DNA from: an uncultured Gemmatimonadaceae bacterium
GTDB lineage: Bacteria > Gemmatimonadota > Gemmatimonadetes > Gemmatimonadales > Gemmatimonadaceae
Direction of reading: 5' to 3'
NCBI GenBank assembly: GCA_963781585.1
Contig: CAWAGQ010000005.1
Coordinates: 32,001 to 96,000, forward strand
Length of the DNA: 64,000 bases
Numbering within the stretch: position 1 is the first letter of the stretch; each line of letters opens with the position of its first letter. The notes under the pieces are model-generated. The model ran no database searches and had not been told where the DNA came from. It saw nothing but the letters and a program-made list of their open reading frames with translations. Shown here piece after piece: positions 32,507-43,029 of the stretch. The translations under genes were made by a program, and so were the position numbers.

Positions 32507-32965
32507 GACGCGACGCGCCCTGCTTAAGAGGGGAAAGGCCACCGCGTAGCCGGTCCCGGCACTCGTGCTGTCAAGGTGCATAGTCTGTATAGCAATGCAC
32601 CAGTCATCCGAACTGATCGGTACCAGCCGTGATGAAGCGTTGCGGCGTGAAGGCCGAGACGAGGATCACGGCACCGAAAATACCACGCCGCCACGATGCA
32701 CAGCCGCCGGAAGATCACGCGCGCGCGCGCGCGACGCCCGCGAAGGGCGCCGATCGTGGCGACGATCAGAGTGCCGACGCCCGCGAGAAAGTGGATGAGG
32801 AGCCGCTGCAGAACGTGCGGGCAGCGTGCGCGCTCGGCTTCGCCAGCGCGCACGCATCCCATGACAGCCCGCCGCAGCATGGCAACGCGATATGCCGCAA
32901 CCGCCGGCACTTGCGCTCGTACGGATCGGTTGTAGTATTCGTACGTACACGATTCGGAGTGCGGA

Positions 32966-33193
32966 ATGACGACCACGAAGCGCACTACTTCGCGCCGGCC
33001 CGCTGGCCGCCGAGGGAAGGTGCGGAAGGAGTTCTGGCTCGACCCGAAGGCGCTGCGTCGCGCCCAGACCGTGCTTGGCACGGCGACCGAACGCGAAACG
33101 GTTGAGCGGGCGCTGGACATGGTTGCGTTCCGCGCCGAGGTCCAGGAAGGCGTTGCCGCGCTCGCGGGATTGGAGCTCGACCCGCGCGCGTAA
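32966..33193 (+). CDS. VapB-like antitoxin
   Basis: LDPKALRRAQTVLGTATERETVERAL; directly upstream of a PIN gene. Confidence 0.75.
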   Translation: MTTTKRTTSRRPAGRRGKVRKEFWLDPKALRRAQTVLGTATERETVERALDMVAFRAEVQEGVAALAGLELDPRA

Positions 33194-33194
33194 C

Positions 33195-33644
33195 GTGCGC
33201 AGGTACGCGCTGGACTCGAGCTGCTATATCGACGCGAGCCGCGACGCGGCGGCGTTAGCCGCGTTGCAGAGGTTTGTGGCGCGTGCGGCGCCGGGCCTCT
33301 ACGTCAGCAGCGTGGTGGCGGCCGAACTACGGGGTGGGGCGCGCTCGGCGCGCGATCGCAAGGCGCTTGAGGAGAAGGTGCTTGGGCCGTTTGCGCGCCG
33401 CGACCGGATGCTCACCCCGAGCGCGGCGGCGTGGGATGCGTTGGGCCGCACCCTGACCACACTCCGAGAGCGCGAGGGGCTCCGGCTCGCGCAGGTGCCA
33501 CGCAGTTTCGCGTTCGACGTGTTGCTCGCCTACTCGTGCCGCGAGCATGGCGTTGTGCTCGTGACGGCCAACGCCCGCGATATGGCGCGCATCCGGCGCG
33601 TATTCGCCTTTGAGTACGTGGCGCCGTATCCCGAGGCCGCGTGA
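33195..33644 (+). CDS. vapC: PIN-domain VapC-like toxin
   Basis: LDSS.YI, VVAAEL, FDVLLA and VTANARD acidic PIN motifs. Confidence 0.85.
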   Translation: MRRYALDSSCYIDASRDAAALAALQRFVARAAPGLYVSSVVAAELRGGARSARDRKALEEKVLGPFARRDRMLTPSAAAWDALGRTLTTLREREGLRLAQVPRSFAFDVLLAYSCREHGVVLVTANARDMARIRRVFAFEYVAPYPEAA

Positions 33645-33657
33645 GGCCCAAGGTGCG

Positions 33658-33685
33658 GCATAACCAGCAATTGCGGTCGTTAGAC
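33658..33685 (+). other. Collapsed attC (R'' and R' only)
   Basis: GCATAAC-CAGCAATTGCGGTC-GTTAGAC with complementary TGCGG/CCGCA flanks. Confidence 0.6.
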
Positions 33686-33691
33686 CGCAGA

Positions 33692-33925
33692 ATGAGCTCG
33701 CGGACGCTCTCGATGCTACGCCGGCTCTCGCCGGTGCGGAATTGATCATCGGTCTGCCCGAGCATCAGGTGAGCTTCGAGGGCGGAGGCCACGCATCACA
33801 GAATGACCTGTAGGCGCTTCTACGCCGTGGCAGCGAATTCCTCTCGATGGCCGTCGAAGCCAAAGCTGGAGAGAAACTCGATGATCTGGTGAAGGACTGG
33901 CTCCCGAAGGATGGTGAGCGCAGCC
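33692..33925 (+). pseudogene. Fragment of a DUF6946-like PD-(D/E)xK nuclease-fold gene
   Basis: LPEHQV...SQNDL*ALL...AVEAK...WL; in-frame TAG at 33811. Confidence 0.55.
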
Positions 33926-33999
33926 GGTTGCCCACGCATTCCTCCGGTCGCATACTCTCCCCATCCGGTCGCCCCCTCCACCTCGCCGCGAGCCCTCCC

Positions 34000-36318
34000 A
34001 TGTCCGCTCACTCGGTCCGCCCGGCCGTCCCCTCCGCCCTCCGCGCCCTCGTCTGGTCGACATTCGCTCTCGTCACGTTCAGCACGCGCGTCCCGGCGCA
34101 GCAGACGAGCGGCCGCGCCTACACCATCGACGACAACCTCAACCTGCGCTCGGTGCGCATCGAGGACGTCAGCAGCGACGGCCGCTGGGTGGCCATCACC
34201 GTGCGCGTGCGACGCGACGCGCTCGGCGTGGACAACGCCCGCTTCGGCGACCCGACCTACGTCACGCCGTCGATCGCGGAGTTCCAGCTGATCGACGCCA
34301 CCACCGGGCAGTCGCGCGCGATCCTCCCCGGCAAGGTGCAGGTGCGCGGCGCGACGTTCACGAAGGACGGGAGCAAGCTCGCCTTCTACCTCATGAAGGG
34401 CGACGACTGGGTGCTCGAGGTGACCGACGTCGCGGCCAACCGCACGCGGGCGATCGCCGTCCGTACCACGAAGCAGATCGCATCCAACGCGCCGCTCGAG
34501 TGGGCGCCCGACGGCAACTCGGTGCTGACGACGCTCCGCCCCGACGGCTGGGCAGCCGAGGCGCGCGCGGCATTTCTGCAGCTGACCGAAGGACCGATCG
34601 TCGTGCAGGACGCGAGGGAACCGTTCCTCTCCTGGGACGCGGTGCGCAACTTCGGCGACCGGCAGGTTCCGGCCATCGTCACCCTGGGCGACGGCGCCGT
34701 GCGCGAGCTCCTGCCCGAGACGCCGATCCGCGGCGCGCAGTTCTCTGCGGACGGCTCGTACCTCGCCTACTCCACCGCGGAACCGAAGAAGACGGCGTAC
34801 GACAACAACTCGGGAACGGCCTACGGCGTCTTCAAGCTCACGCTCGCCGCCGGCGCACGGCCCGACACGCTGGTGAAGCCCGCCGAGCACCGGCTGATGC
34901 CCCGATGGAACGACAGCGCGACCGCGTTCGCCTGGGCCGACAAGGGCAACGTATTCGTCCGCTGGCTGGACGCCGACAGCGCCCGAAACCTCACGGCGAA
35001 GTACCGGAAGCCGGAGCCGAAGACCGACACCGCGAAGACCGACACCGCGAAGCCCGACACCGCGAAGACCGACACCACCAGGACAGCGTACGCGCTGGTC
35101 AGCTGGCGGCCCGACGGTGGCGCACTGCTCGTGAGCGCGAAGGACGGCTACCACCTCCTCGACGCGCGCACGGATTCGATGACGCTCGTCTATCCGTTCG
35201 AGGCCGACACTGCCACGCGGCCCACACGCGGTTTCGCCGGATGGAGCCGCGACGGGCGCTACCTGTTCGTCTCCCGTTCGGCGAGGGACCGCTGGGCGCG
35301 CGGACTCGAGCGCTACGACCTCACTACGCGGCAGGCGGCCGACCTCGCGATCGACACCAATCTCTACTCCAGCTGGCACGTGTCCGACGACGGATCGCGC
35401 TTCGTGTTCGAGCGGTCCGACGGCGACCGTCCCAACGAGGTGTACACCGCCGGCCGTGACCTCGCCGACGCGCACGCGATCACGAGGCTCAATCCGCAGC
35501 TCGACGGCGTGGCGCTCACGCACTCGGAGCTGGTGAGCTATCGCGACGCGGACGGGAAGAAGCTCTACGGCGTGCTGTACTATCCGTACGGCTACCAGCC
35601 CGGAACGAAGTACCCGCTGGTCGCGGAGATCTACGAGACATTCTTCGACAACGGATTCAACGAGAACATGAACCTGCTCGCCGCGCGCGGGTGGTTCGTC
35701 TTCCACCCGTCGGTGGACCTGCAGATCGGCTACCCCGGCGAAGCGTGGGTGAAGGGCGTGACCGACGCGATCAACACGCTCGAGGACCGTGGCCTCGTGG
35801 ATGGAACGAAGCTCGGCGTCGAGGGGACGAGCTACGGCGGGTACGCCACCAACCTGCTGATCACGCAGACCAACCGGTTCGCCGCCGCGGTGAACATCTC
35901 CGGGAAGGTGAACATCATCTCCTTCCTCGGCGACAGCCCGAAGATCGGGACGCGCAACTACAGCGCCGCGGAGAACGGGCAGGACCGCATCGGCGCGACG
36001 CTGTGGGAGGCGCCGCTCAAGTACATCCAGCACTCGGCCGTCATGTTCGCCGACCGCATCCACACGCCGCTGCTCATGCTCACCGGCAAGCAGGACTGGA
36101 ACGTGCCGGACACCAACGAGCGCGAGATGTACTACGCGCTCCGCCGGCTGGGGAAGGAAGCGGTGTGGGTGCAGTACGCCGACGCCGGGCATGGCGCGGG
36201 CCGGGCCGGGAACGAGCCGGACTTCCGGGACCACTGGACGCGGATGTTCGACTGGTTCGGGACGCACTTCGAAAAGTCTGCGGCGAAGAAGAAGGCGGCG
36301 ACGTCCGGGGCGCGGTAA
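34000..36318 (+). CDS. S9 prolyl oligopeptidase family serine peptidase, secreted
   Basis: GTSYGG, QDWNV and AGHG catalytic motifs; propeller; KTDTA repeats near 35020-35075. Confidence 0.9.
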   Translation: MSAHSVRPAVPSALRALVWSTFALVTFSTRVPAQQTSGRAYTIDDNLNLRSVRIEDVSSDGRWVAITVRVRRDALGVDNARFGDPTYVTPSIAEFQLIDATTGQSRAILPGKVQVRGATFTKDGSKLAFYLMKGDDWVLEVTDVAANRTRAIAVRTTKQIASNAPLEWAPDGNSVLTTLRPDGWAAEARAAFLQLTEGPIVVQDAREPFLSWDAVRNFGDRQVPAIVTLGDGAVRELLPETPIRGAQFSADGSYLAYSTAEPKKTAYDNNSGTAYGVFKLTLAAGARPDTLVKPAEHRLMPRWNDSATAFAWADKGNVFVRWLDADSARNLTAKYRKPEPKTDTAKTDTAKPDTAKTDTTRTAYALVSWRPDGGALLVSAKDGYHLLDARTDSMTLVYPFEADTATRPTRGFAGWSRDGRYLFVSRSARDRWARGLERYDLTTRQAADLAIDTNLYSSWHVSDDGSRFVFERSDGDRPNEVYTAGRDLADAHAITRLNPQLDGVALTHSELVSYRDADGKKLYGVLYYPYGYQPGTKYPLVAEIYETFFDNGFNENMNLLAARGWFVFHPSVDLQIGYPGEAWVKGVTDAINTLEDRGLVDGTKLGVEGTSYGGYATNLLITQTNRFAAAVNISGKVNIISFLGDSPKIGTRNYSAAENGQDRIGATLWEAPLKYIQHSAVMFADRIHTPLLMLTGKQDWNVPDTNEREMYYALRRLGKEAVWVQYADAGHGAGRAGNEPDFRDHWTRMFDWFGTHFEKSAAKKKAATSGAR

Positions 36319-36414
36319 GCGCAACAAACCAACTGCAGGCCTGGCCGCCGTAGCTGACGCGACCGCGGTGTGCTATGATTTCTGCCCGGACAACCCTCAG
36401 CGCTGGTGGTCGCG

Positions 36415-37776
36415 ATGCCGCGTCCAGGTCTGGTCGTCATTCTCGCGTGCTGTGTCATCGCTGCCGGATGCCGTTCGATCGCAGACGCATTGGGCGCACC
36501 GCACATCGTCTCGGTCACCATCACTGCGCCGCCTGGGCTCCTCGTTGGTGATACGGCGACCGCGGTAGCAGTTGCCGTGGCTGACGACGGCAGAGAACGC
36601 CCCGGGTGGCCGAGGCACTGGAGCAGTAGCGATCCAGCCGCGCTCTCCGTTGACGCAAACGGCAAGATGGTTGCGCTGGTCGGTGGCCGCACGGTGACCA
36701 TCACGTGCGAGGTAGACGGCAAGAAGGGAACGGCAACCGTCGGGGTCTCGGGCGACGATAGCCGATTCGGATATGCGTTCGCCGACCAACCGACCGCCGC
36801 TGGTCCGTATGCGCCACCCGCCGGGACGAGCTTCACCTCGGGCGGCGGGACGATCGAGGTAACGCGGGCATCTGCCGGCGTCTATTCCGTGCGGTTCGCA
36901 GGACTGGGCCGGCAGCCCGGGCAGCGCGACAACGTCCAGGTGTCCGCCTACAGCAGCGTGCCAGTGTATTGCGACGTCGGCGTCTGGAGCACCAGCGGCG
37001 CAGATCTCGTGGTTCCTGTGCTCTGCTTCGAGGGCAAGCCGTCGACGAGCGGCGGGACTCCCACGGATAGCCGCTTCACGGTCATGGCGCTCGGCGCCTG
37101 GGCGTTCGGAAAAACCGCGCCGCTCGGCTTTCTCGCGTATCAACCTGACACTGTGCCGGTCTGGCTGGACACCTCCGCGATGGCTCGCAACTCATCCGGT
37201 GGGCACGTCGCCGCGGGACGTGACTCCGAAGGGAATTTCGGCGTGCAGTTCCAGGGTCTCGAGTCCGCGTGGCTGGCCGCACCCGCGGCAATTCACACCA
37301 CCGGTATCGGGGGCGGTGCGAGGCGTTGTCGATCTTCGGCGTACGACAAGGCCAGCGCGAGTCTCCACGTTGTCTGTGCCGGACAAGGCGGTAACCCTCG
37401 TGACTCGCCGTGGTCGCTGCTGTGGCTGCAGCACGGAAGACCGACGATGCGCTTCGGTTTCGCCTGGGCCACGAGCCAAACGTCGCTGGTCGATTATACT
37501 CCCTTTGCGGATTTTCTCATCAACTCGTCAGGCGGGTCGGTCAAGGCACGCAAGACGGCACTTGGCCAGTACCACGTGGTCTTCGCGGGCCTCGGCCGGC
37601 CCGCCGGGGCAACCGAGACTGTCCTCGTGTCGCCGCTCTTCACGCCTAACGATGGGATGTGCGACATCCTTTCGTGGGGGAACACTGGTGCGAGCGATCT
37701 GTTCGTCGACGTCGCCTGTTACGACCCCACAGCCGCCGCGGTCGACTCGCGGTTTGGCGTGATGGTGATTCAATAG
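36415..37776 (+). CDS. Lipoprotein with an Ig-like domain and internally repeated beta-domains
   Basis: Lipobox AAGC; WSSSDP Ig motif; repeated FG(Y/F)A(F/W)A...GLGR...C...DSRF units. Confidence 0.75.
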   Translation: MPRPGLVVILACCVIAAGCRSIADALGAPHIVSVTITAPPGLLVGDTATAVAVAVADDGRERPGWPRHWSSSDPAALSVDANGKMVALVGGRTVTITCEVDGKKGTATVGVSGDDSRFGYAFADQPTAAGPYAPPAGTSFTSGGGTIEVTRASAGVYSVRFAGLGRQPGQRDNVQVSAYSSVPVYCDVGVWSTSGADLVVPVLCFEGKPSTSGGTPTDSRFTVMALGAWAFGKTAPLGFLAYQPDTVPVWLDTSAMARNSSGGHVAAGRDSEGNFGVQFQGLESAWLAAPAAIHTTGIGGGARRCRSSAYDKASASLHVVCAGQGGNPRDSPWSLLWLQHGRPTMRFGFAWATSQTSLVDYTPFADFLINSSGGSVKARKTALGQYHVVFAGLGRPAGATETVLVSPLFTPNDGMCDILSWGNTGASDLFVDVACYDPTAAAVDSRFGVMVIQ

Positions 37777-38106
37777 CGCACCACCGGTCCGCGCCCATGA
37801 GATCGTCGGACCGAGGATCACACCGACTCATGCGACAGCTTCGTTTGGCGGCATCGGACGACCGCGCGCACCTCAAGATGACCTCCGACGGCATGGACCG
37901 CGGGCAGGCGCACGATTCCGCGGCACGACTGAGGGGTTTCGGCTCCCTCGGCTTGACGGCCATCACCGTGATATTGGCCGGCGGCGTGGTCGGACCACCG
38001 GTGAGCTCTGGGAGGCGCCCATTGCTCATCTCCTGTTCCGGTAGCAGCCGCTCGGTATGACCGCGACGTTCCCGCAGTGCTCTCAGCGTGATGGCAGGAG
38101 GTTTCC

Positions 38107-39477
38107 ATGGCAGACCACCGGCACGGAAAGGACACACCGGCACACAAGTCGTCGACAGCGACCAGAGGGATTGGCGACGCATACGACCACGCGTACGAAG
38201 CCGCGCAGCCCGATAGGGGACGAGCCGTCGTGCCAGTCGAACTCGAGGCCGGAGAGGTTGACTGGGAGTTCGTGCCGGGGCGGCGGACTCGGGCCTGGGG
38301 GTTCGGCGGCAAGGTGCCCGGCCCGACTATCGAGGCTCAGGTCGGTGACGTGCTCGAGATCCGCCTCACGAATCACTTACCCGAGCCGACGGTAGTCCAC
38401 TGGCATGGGCTGCGCATTCCAGCGGCAATGGACGGGACGGAAATGGTGCAGCGACCGGTCATGCCGGGGAACACCTTTACCTATCGGTTCAAACTCCCGG
38501 ATGCGGGCACCTTCTGGTACCATTCTCATCTCAATGAGACAGTGCAGCTCGAGCGTGGACTCTACGGAGCACTAATCGTGCGATCCGGGGAGGAGCCGGG
38601 CTTCGATCGCGAGCGCGTTCTCGTATTCGATGATGTCGAGCTCCAGGACGATGGAACGATCAAGCCCCCGGGGTGGTGGCTTGAATCGCACGACGGACGC
38701 GAAGGCAGTACTCGACTCGTGAATGGGAAGCAGGAGCCCGAGCTCACGATGGCTGCCGGCCAGGTCGAACGTTGGCGGATCATCAACGCGGCGAGCGCCC
38801 GTTATGTGCGGCTGTCGATCGGCGGACGTCCATTCCGCATCATCGGCAGCGATGGAGGATTGATCGCCGCACCCGTCACCGCCGCGGATACACTCCTGGC
38901 ACCAGCGGACAGGGTAGAACTCGCGGTGGGGCCATTTGCCGAAGGGGAGATTCTTCGCGTCGAAGCGCTTCCGTTCAATCGTGGTTCCTTCAAGGCCCAC
39001 AAGAAGCCGGAGTTGTTCGCAACGCTCCGCGTTGGGTCCAGCGCCCCCTCGATAGCACATATCCCTGAGAAGCTCCGCCACATCGAGCCCCTGGTTACGG
39101 GACCGGTCAAGGTGGGCCGTGAGATCCGTCTGGGGTTCACCCTCGGCATCAGGCACGGCGTCGAGTTCACGATCAACCGGGAGCAGCATCACCACGCCGA
39201 TCCTGTGCGGGTGGGTGAATTGCAGGTCTGGGACGTCGTCAACCGTTCGCCGGTCCACCACCCGTTCCACCTCCACGGCTTCTTCTTCCAGGTGTTGGAG
39301 GTGAACGGGGAGGCTCCCGGCTTTCTGTCATGGGAAGACACGGTCAATGTTCCCGCATTCGGCAGGGTCCGCATCGCCTGGATGCCGGATGACCGGCCGG
39401 GTGAATGGATGTACCACTGCCACATCCTCGAGCACCACGCGGCCGGAATGATGGCGCACTTCGACGTCGTTCGGTGA
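38107..39477 (+). CDS. Multicopper oxidase
   Basis: HWHG, WYHSH, HPFHLHG and HCHILEHHAAGM motifs. Confidence 0.93.
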   Translation: MADHRHGKDTPAHKSSTATRGIGDAYDHAYEAAQPDRGRAVVPVELEAGEVDWEFVPGRRTRAWGFGGKVPGPTIEAQVGDVLEIRLTNHLPEPTVVHWHGLRIPAAMDGTEMVQRPVMPGNTFTYRFKLPDAGTFWYHSHLNETVQLERGLYGALIVRSGEEPGFDRERVLVFDDVELQDDGTIKPPGWWLESHDGREGSTRLVNGKQEPELTMAAGQVERWRIINAASARYVRLSIGGRPFRIIGSDGGLIAAPVTAADTLLAPADRVELAVGPFAEGEILRVEALPFNRGSFKAHKKPELFATLRVGSSAPSIAHIPEKLRHIEPLVTGPVKVGREIRLGFTLGIRHGVEFTINREQHHHADPVRVGELQVWDVVNRSPVHHPFHLHGFFFQVLEVNGEAPGFLSWEDTVNVPAFGRVRIAWMPDDRPGEWMYHCHILEHHAAGMMAHFDVVR

Positions 39478-39599
39478 ATTCAGACGAGGAGGATGGGCAT
39501 GAACAACAGAACATTCGTCGTTCGTGCTTACGCTGCCGAAGAAGTGAGGACAGATTCCCGACGGTTGCCAGCGTCGTTCGGCCTGCCGAGGAGCGTCCG

Positions 39600-40492
39600 A
39601 TGCATCATGACCGTGTGGCATGGTTCGCGCTGACCGCCGCGGCGGTGGCGATCGCCGGCGCTCCTCCCCCGCGTGCCGTCGCGCCGTTGACGTACGACGT
39701 CTACGCCGTGCGATACGGCGCGATGAGGGATTTTCCCCTCGCCTCGCTGATCGCCGGCGCTGACCCGCGCGCCGCACCGACATCGCGATGATGGTCTGGC
39801 TCCTCCAGGGATCCGATGGCCGCAAGGTGCTCGTCGACGCCGGCTTTCACCGCGCCGACTTCGTCAGGCGGTGGAAGCCCGTCGACTATCTCCCGCCTGA
39901 CGAAGCGGTGGCGCGCGCCGGCGTCCCCGCCGACAGCATCACGGACCTCATCATCACGCACATCCACTGGGACCACCTCGACGGCATCGACCTCTTCCCG
40001 CACGCGCACATCTGGATCCAGCGGGAGGAATACGAACACTATATAGATGCGGACGGACACCGGCTCGCGTCCGCGATCGACACCGGCGACGCGCGCCTGC
40101 TCGCCCAGGCCAGGGCGGCGGGGCGCGTGACGCTGATCGACGGCGACGGGGGCGAGATCCTCCCCGGGATCACGGTCTACACCGGTGGAAAGCACACCTT
40201 CGCATCGCAGTACGCCGGCGTGCGCACCACGTTCGGCACGGTGGTGGTGGCATCGGACAACGTGTATCTGTACGCCAACCTCGACGGCCACCGGCCCATC
40301 GCGCAGACGCTCGACAGCGTGTCGAACCTGCGCGCGCAGGACCGCATGCGCGAACTCGCGAGCGATCCGCGGTTCATCGTTCCCGGCCACGACCCCGCGG
40401 TGTTCGACCGGTTCCCCACTCCGGGAAACGGCGTGGCGCACATTCTTCCGCCGCGCGGTGCGGGCGCCGGCGGCCGTGGGCTTGATGGTTGA
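39600..40492 (+). CDS. N-acyl homoserine lactonase family MBL-fold hydrolase, apparent frameshift at ~39767
   Basis: YAVRYG N-terminus; LVDAGF, THIHWDHLD and VPGHDP motifs. Confidence 0.8.
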
Positions 40493-40568
40493 TAGGTCGC
40501 GAGACCGATGTGTCTTTCGTGAAATCCAGGCTGCACCCACTCGCATTCATTGCTCCGGAGCTGAGGCC

Positions 40569-41425
40569 ATGCGCGCACGCCACGTGAGCCTGACATCGTC
40601 AGGTATGCTTGCTGTCGCCTTGCTGCACTCGGGGTGTACCCCGGAGCGGCCGGATCACCCGGTGGAATACCGCTCCCCGGCCGGGGTCCAATACCTGGCC
40701 CTGTCGGACACCGGAGCCGTGGCGCACGCGGACTCCGCCCTGGCCGCCGACCCGCGCAACGTCGAGAAGATCCTGCAGCTCGGCCTCGCGCAGGCCGGCA
40801 TTCGCCGTACCGCGAGGCGATCGTGACCTTCACCCGCGCGATTGCGATCGCGCCCGACAGCGGAATCCTCTACCGCTGGCGCGGCCACCGCTACCTGTCG
40901 GTGCGGCAGCTGGACAGCGCGCGGGCCGACCTCGAGCACGGGCTCGCCCTCGATTCCACGCTGTACGGCTGCTGGTATCACCTGGGCGTGGTCAAGTACG
41001 TGACCGGGGACTTCGGCGGCGCAGCCGATGCCTTCGCGCGCGCCCTGCCGCTGGCGCCTAACGCCGAAGAGCACGCCGGATCGATCGACTGGGGCTGGAT
41101 GTCGCTGTCGCGGGCCGGGCACTCAGCCGATGCGCAGGCGTGGCTCGACCGCAACAGCGATTCGATCCCGGCGGTGAATGCCTACACCCGGCGACTGCAG
41201 TTGTATCGCGGCCAGATTCCGCCCGACCAGCTGATCACGCCCGCCGACACGCAGGACATCCAGGTGGCGACGTTGAAGTACGGACTGGGCAACTGGTACC
41301 TGGTGCGCGGCGACACGGCGCAGGCTCGTGCCGCCTTCCAGGCTTCGGTTGCGTCGGGTGGCTGGCCGGCGTTCGGGTTCATCGCCTCAGAGGCGGAGTT
41401 GCGCCGCCTGGGGGCTGCCAGGTAG
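40569..41425 (+). CDS. TPR lipoprotein, apparent frameshift at ~40810
   Basis: Lipobox HSGC; LYRWRGHRYLS and WYHLG TPR helices; two frames join. Confidence 0.75.
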
Positions 41426-41493
41426 CGGCGAGCGCAAGGAGCGCTGGTCGTCCCCCAGGTGTCTGCGACCGGCCTCCCTCGCGCCCCCTTCCC

Positions 41494-42822
41494 TCACATC
41501 GCCAGCGCCATCCCCACGAATCCCACCACACTCACGATCAGCGCGCCGGGCACCGCAAAGCGTAACCACCTGCCGAGCGGAACGCCCGCGGCGAGCAGCA
41601 TCGCCAGCAGCGCGCCGTTGCTCGGCGTGATCATGTCCATCATCGTCCCGCCGGTGAGATAGGCCATCACCGCCACCTGACGCGGAATCGACAGCAGATC
41701 GGCCACCGGCGCCATGATCGGCATGGTGAGCACCGCCTGCCCGCTGTTGGACACCACCGCCACGTGCAGCAGCGCCTGAATCGGCACCATCATCCCGGCC
41801 GCGAGCAGCCGCGGCATGTGATGGAGCGGTTGCGCAAGCCCGTGCACGATGGTGTCGATCACCCGGCCATCGGTCAGCACGACCGAGATGGCACGCGAGA
41901 CGCCGACGAACAGCGCCGCGGCGAGCATCGTCTCCATCGACTTGAGGAATTCCACCGCCGTTCCACGCAGCCCCATCCCCGCCACCAACCCGACCGCGAA
42001 CCCGGCCACCAGAAAGAGCGCCGACAGCTCGTTGAATCCCCAGTCCAGCGCAAGCACGCCGTACACGTACGGCCCGAATGGCACGATCACCAGCGCCAGC
42101 AGCACCCAGTCGCGGACGCGCACGCCCTGGTGCGGGAGCGCCTCGATCTCCGGGCGCACATCGTCATGCTTCGTCTGGGATGCGGTCCACGCGATCCAGA
42201 GCGCGACCGCGGCCACCAGCATCGCGAGCCGCAGCCCGCCTGACGTGAGCGGCGGGAGCTCCGAGTACCGCAACGCGACCCCCGACGCGAACGGGTTCGT
42301 CGGCCCGAACGACGCCCCGACCACCGCCGAGCCGACGCTCATCGCGAGCGCCGTCACCGCTCCGAAGCCGAGTCCGCGACTCAGCACGAGCATGACGGGA
42401 ACGAGCGCGATGATCTCCTCGTGCATGTTCTCGAGCGCGCCGAGCGACGCGAACAGCGTGCACACGATCGCCATTACAACGACCGGCCGCCACGACCGGC
42501 CCACCAGCCCGCCGACCAGGCGTCCCAGCGCGCCGGTACGGTCGAGGAGCGCGAACGCGCCGCCGACGAAGAGGACCACACAGATCACGTCGGCGCCGTC
42601 GACGATGCCCCGGGGCACCGAGATCACCGCGGCCATCGGCCGCACGGCCGCCGGCGGCACGGCGTGATACGTTCCCGCCTGGACGATGCGGCGTCCGGTC
42701 TGCGGATCGTCGCGGCGATCGTATTGGCCGGCCGGAAGTACCCACGTGAGCACGGCGGCGACGGCGACGCCACCGAGCAGGAGGACGAGTGGGTGGGGAA
42801 GCGACAGGCGGAACCGCGCCAT
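41494..42822 (-). CDS. YfcC/C4-dicarboxylate anaerobic carrier family transporter
   Basis: PHPLVLL, PAGQYDR, SGQAVLTMPIMAP and ITPSNG motifs. Confidence 0.87.
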   Translation of the reverse strand: MARFRLSLPHPLVLLLGGVAVAAVLTWVLPAGQYDRRDDPQTGRRIVQAGTYHAVPPAAVRPMAAVISVPRGIVDGADVICVVLFVGGAFALLDRTGALGRLVGGLVGRSWRPVVVMAIVCTLFASLGALENMHEEIIALVPVMLVLSRGLGFGAVTALAMSVGSAVVGASFGPTNPFASGVALRYSELPPLTSGGLRLAMLVAAVALWIAWTASQTKHDDVRPEIEALPHQGVRVRDWVLLALVIVPFGPYVYGVLALDWGFNELSALFLVAGFAVGLVAGMGLRGTAVEFLKSMETMLAAALFVGVSRAISVVLTDGRVIDTIVHGLAQPLHHMPRLLAAGMMVPIQALLHVAVVSNSGQAVLTMPIMAPVADLLSIPRQVAVMAYLTGGTMMDMITPSNGALLAMLLAAGVPLGRWLRFAVPGALIVSVVGFVGMALAM

Positions 42823-43029
42823 CAACGCACCGCGCCGTGGCTCAACGTCTCGTCGCCTCGGCGATCTTCAGATCATCGTGGGGCATGAGCCGGATCCGGG
42901 AGCGGGACACGCGAAGCGGCGAGCGGCGAGACAGGGATGTCGTCGACGCGCAGGAGGATGCACGCCGATCCGGTTCAAGCGGTGGACGGGCGCAGTCCGC
43001 GCGCGGCGCTACGCCCGTCCTGGCCGCTT

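Noticed and set aside
32524..32900. Possible minus-strand membrane gene
   Set aside because: No recognisable motif or clean start; at most a remnant.
33811..33813. In-frame TAG as pyrrolysine or readthrough
   Set aside because: It lies in a truncated remnant, and a TGG-to-TAG mutation is simpler.
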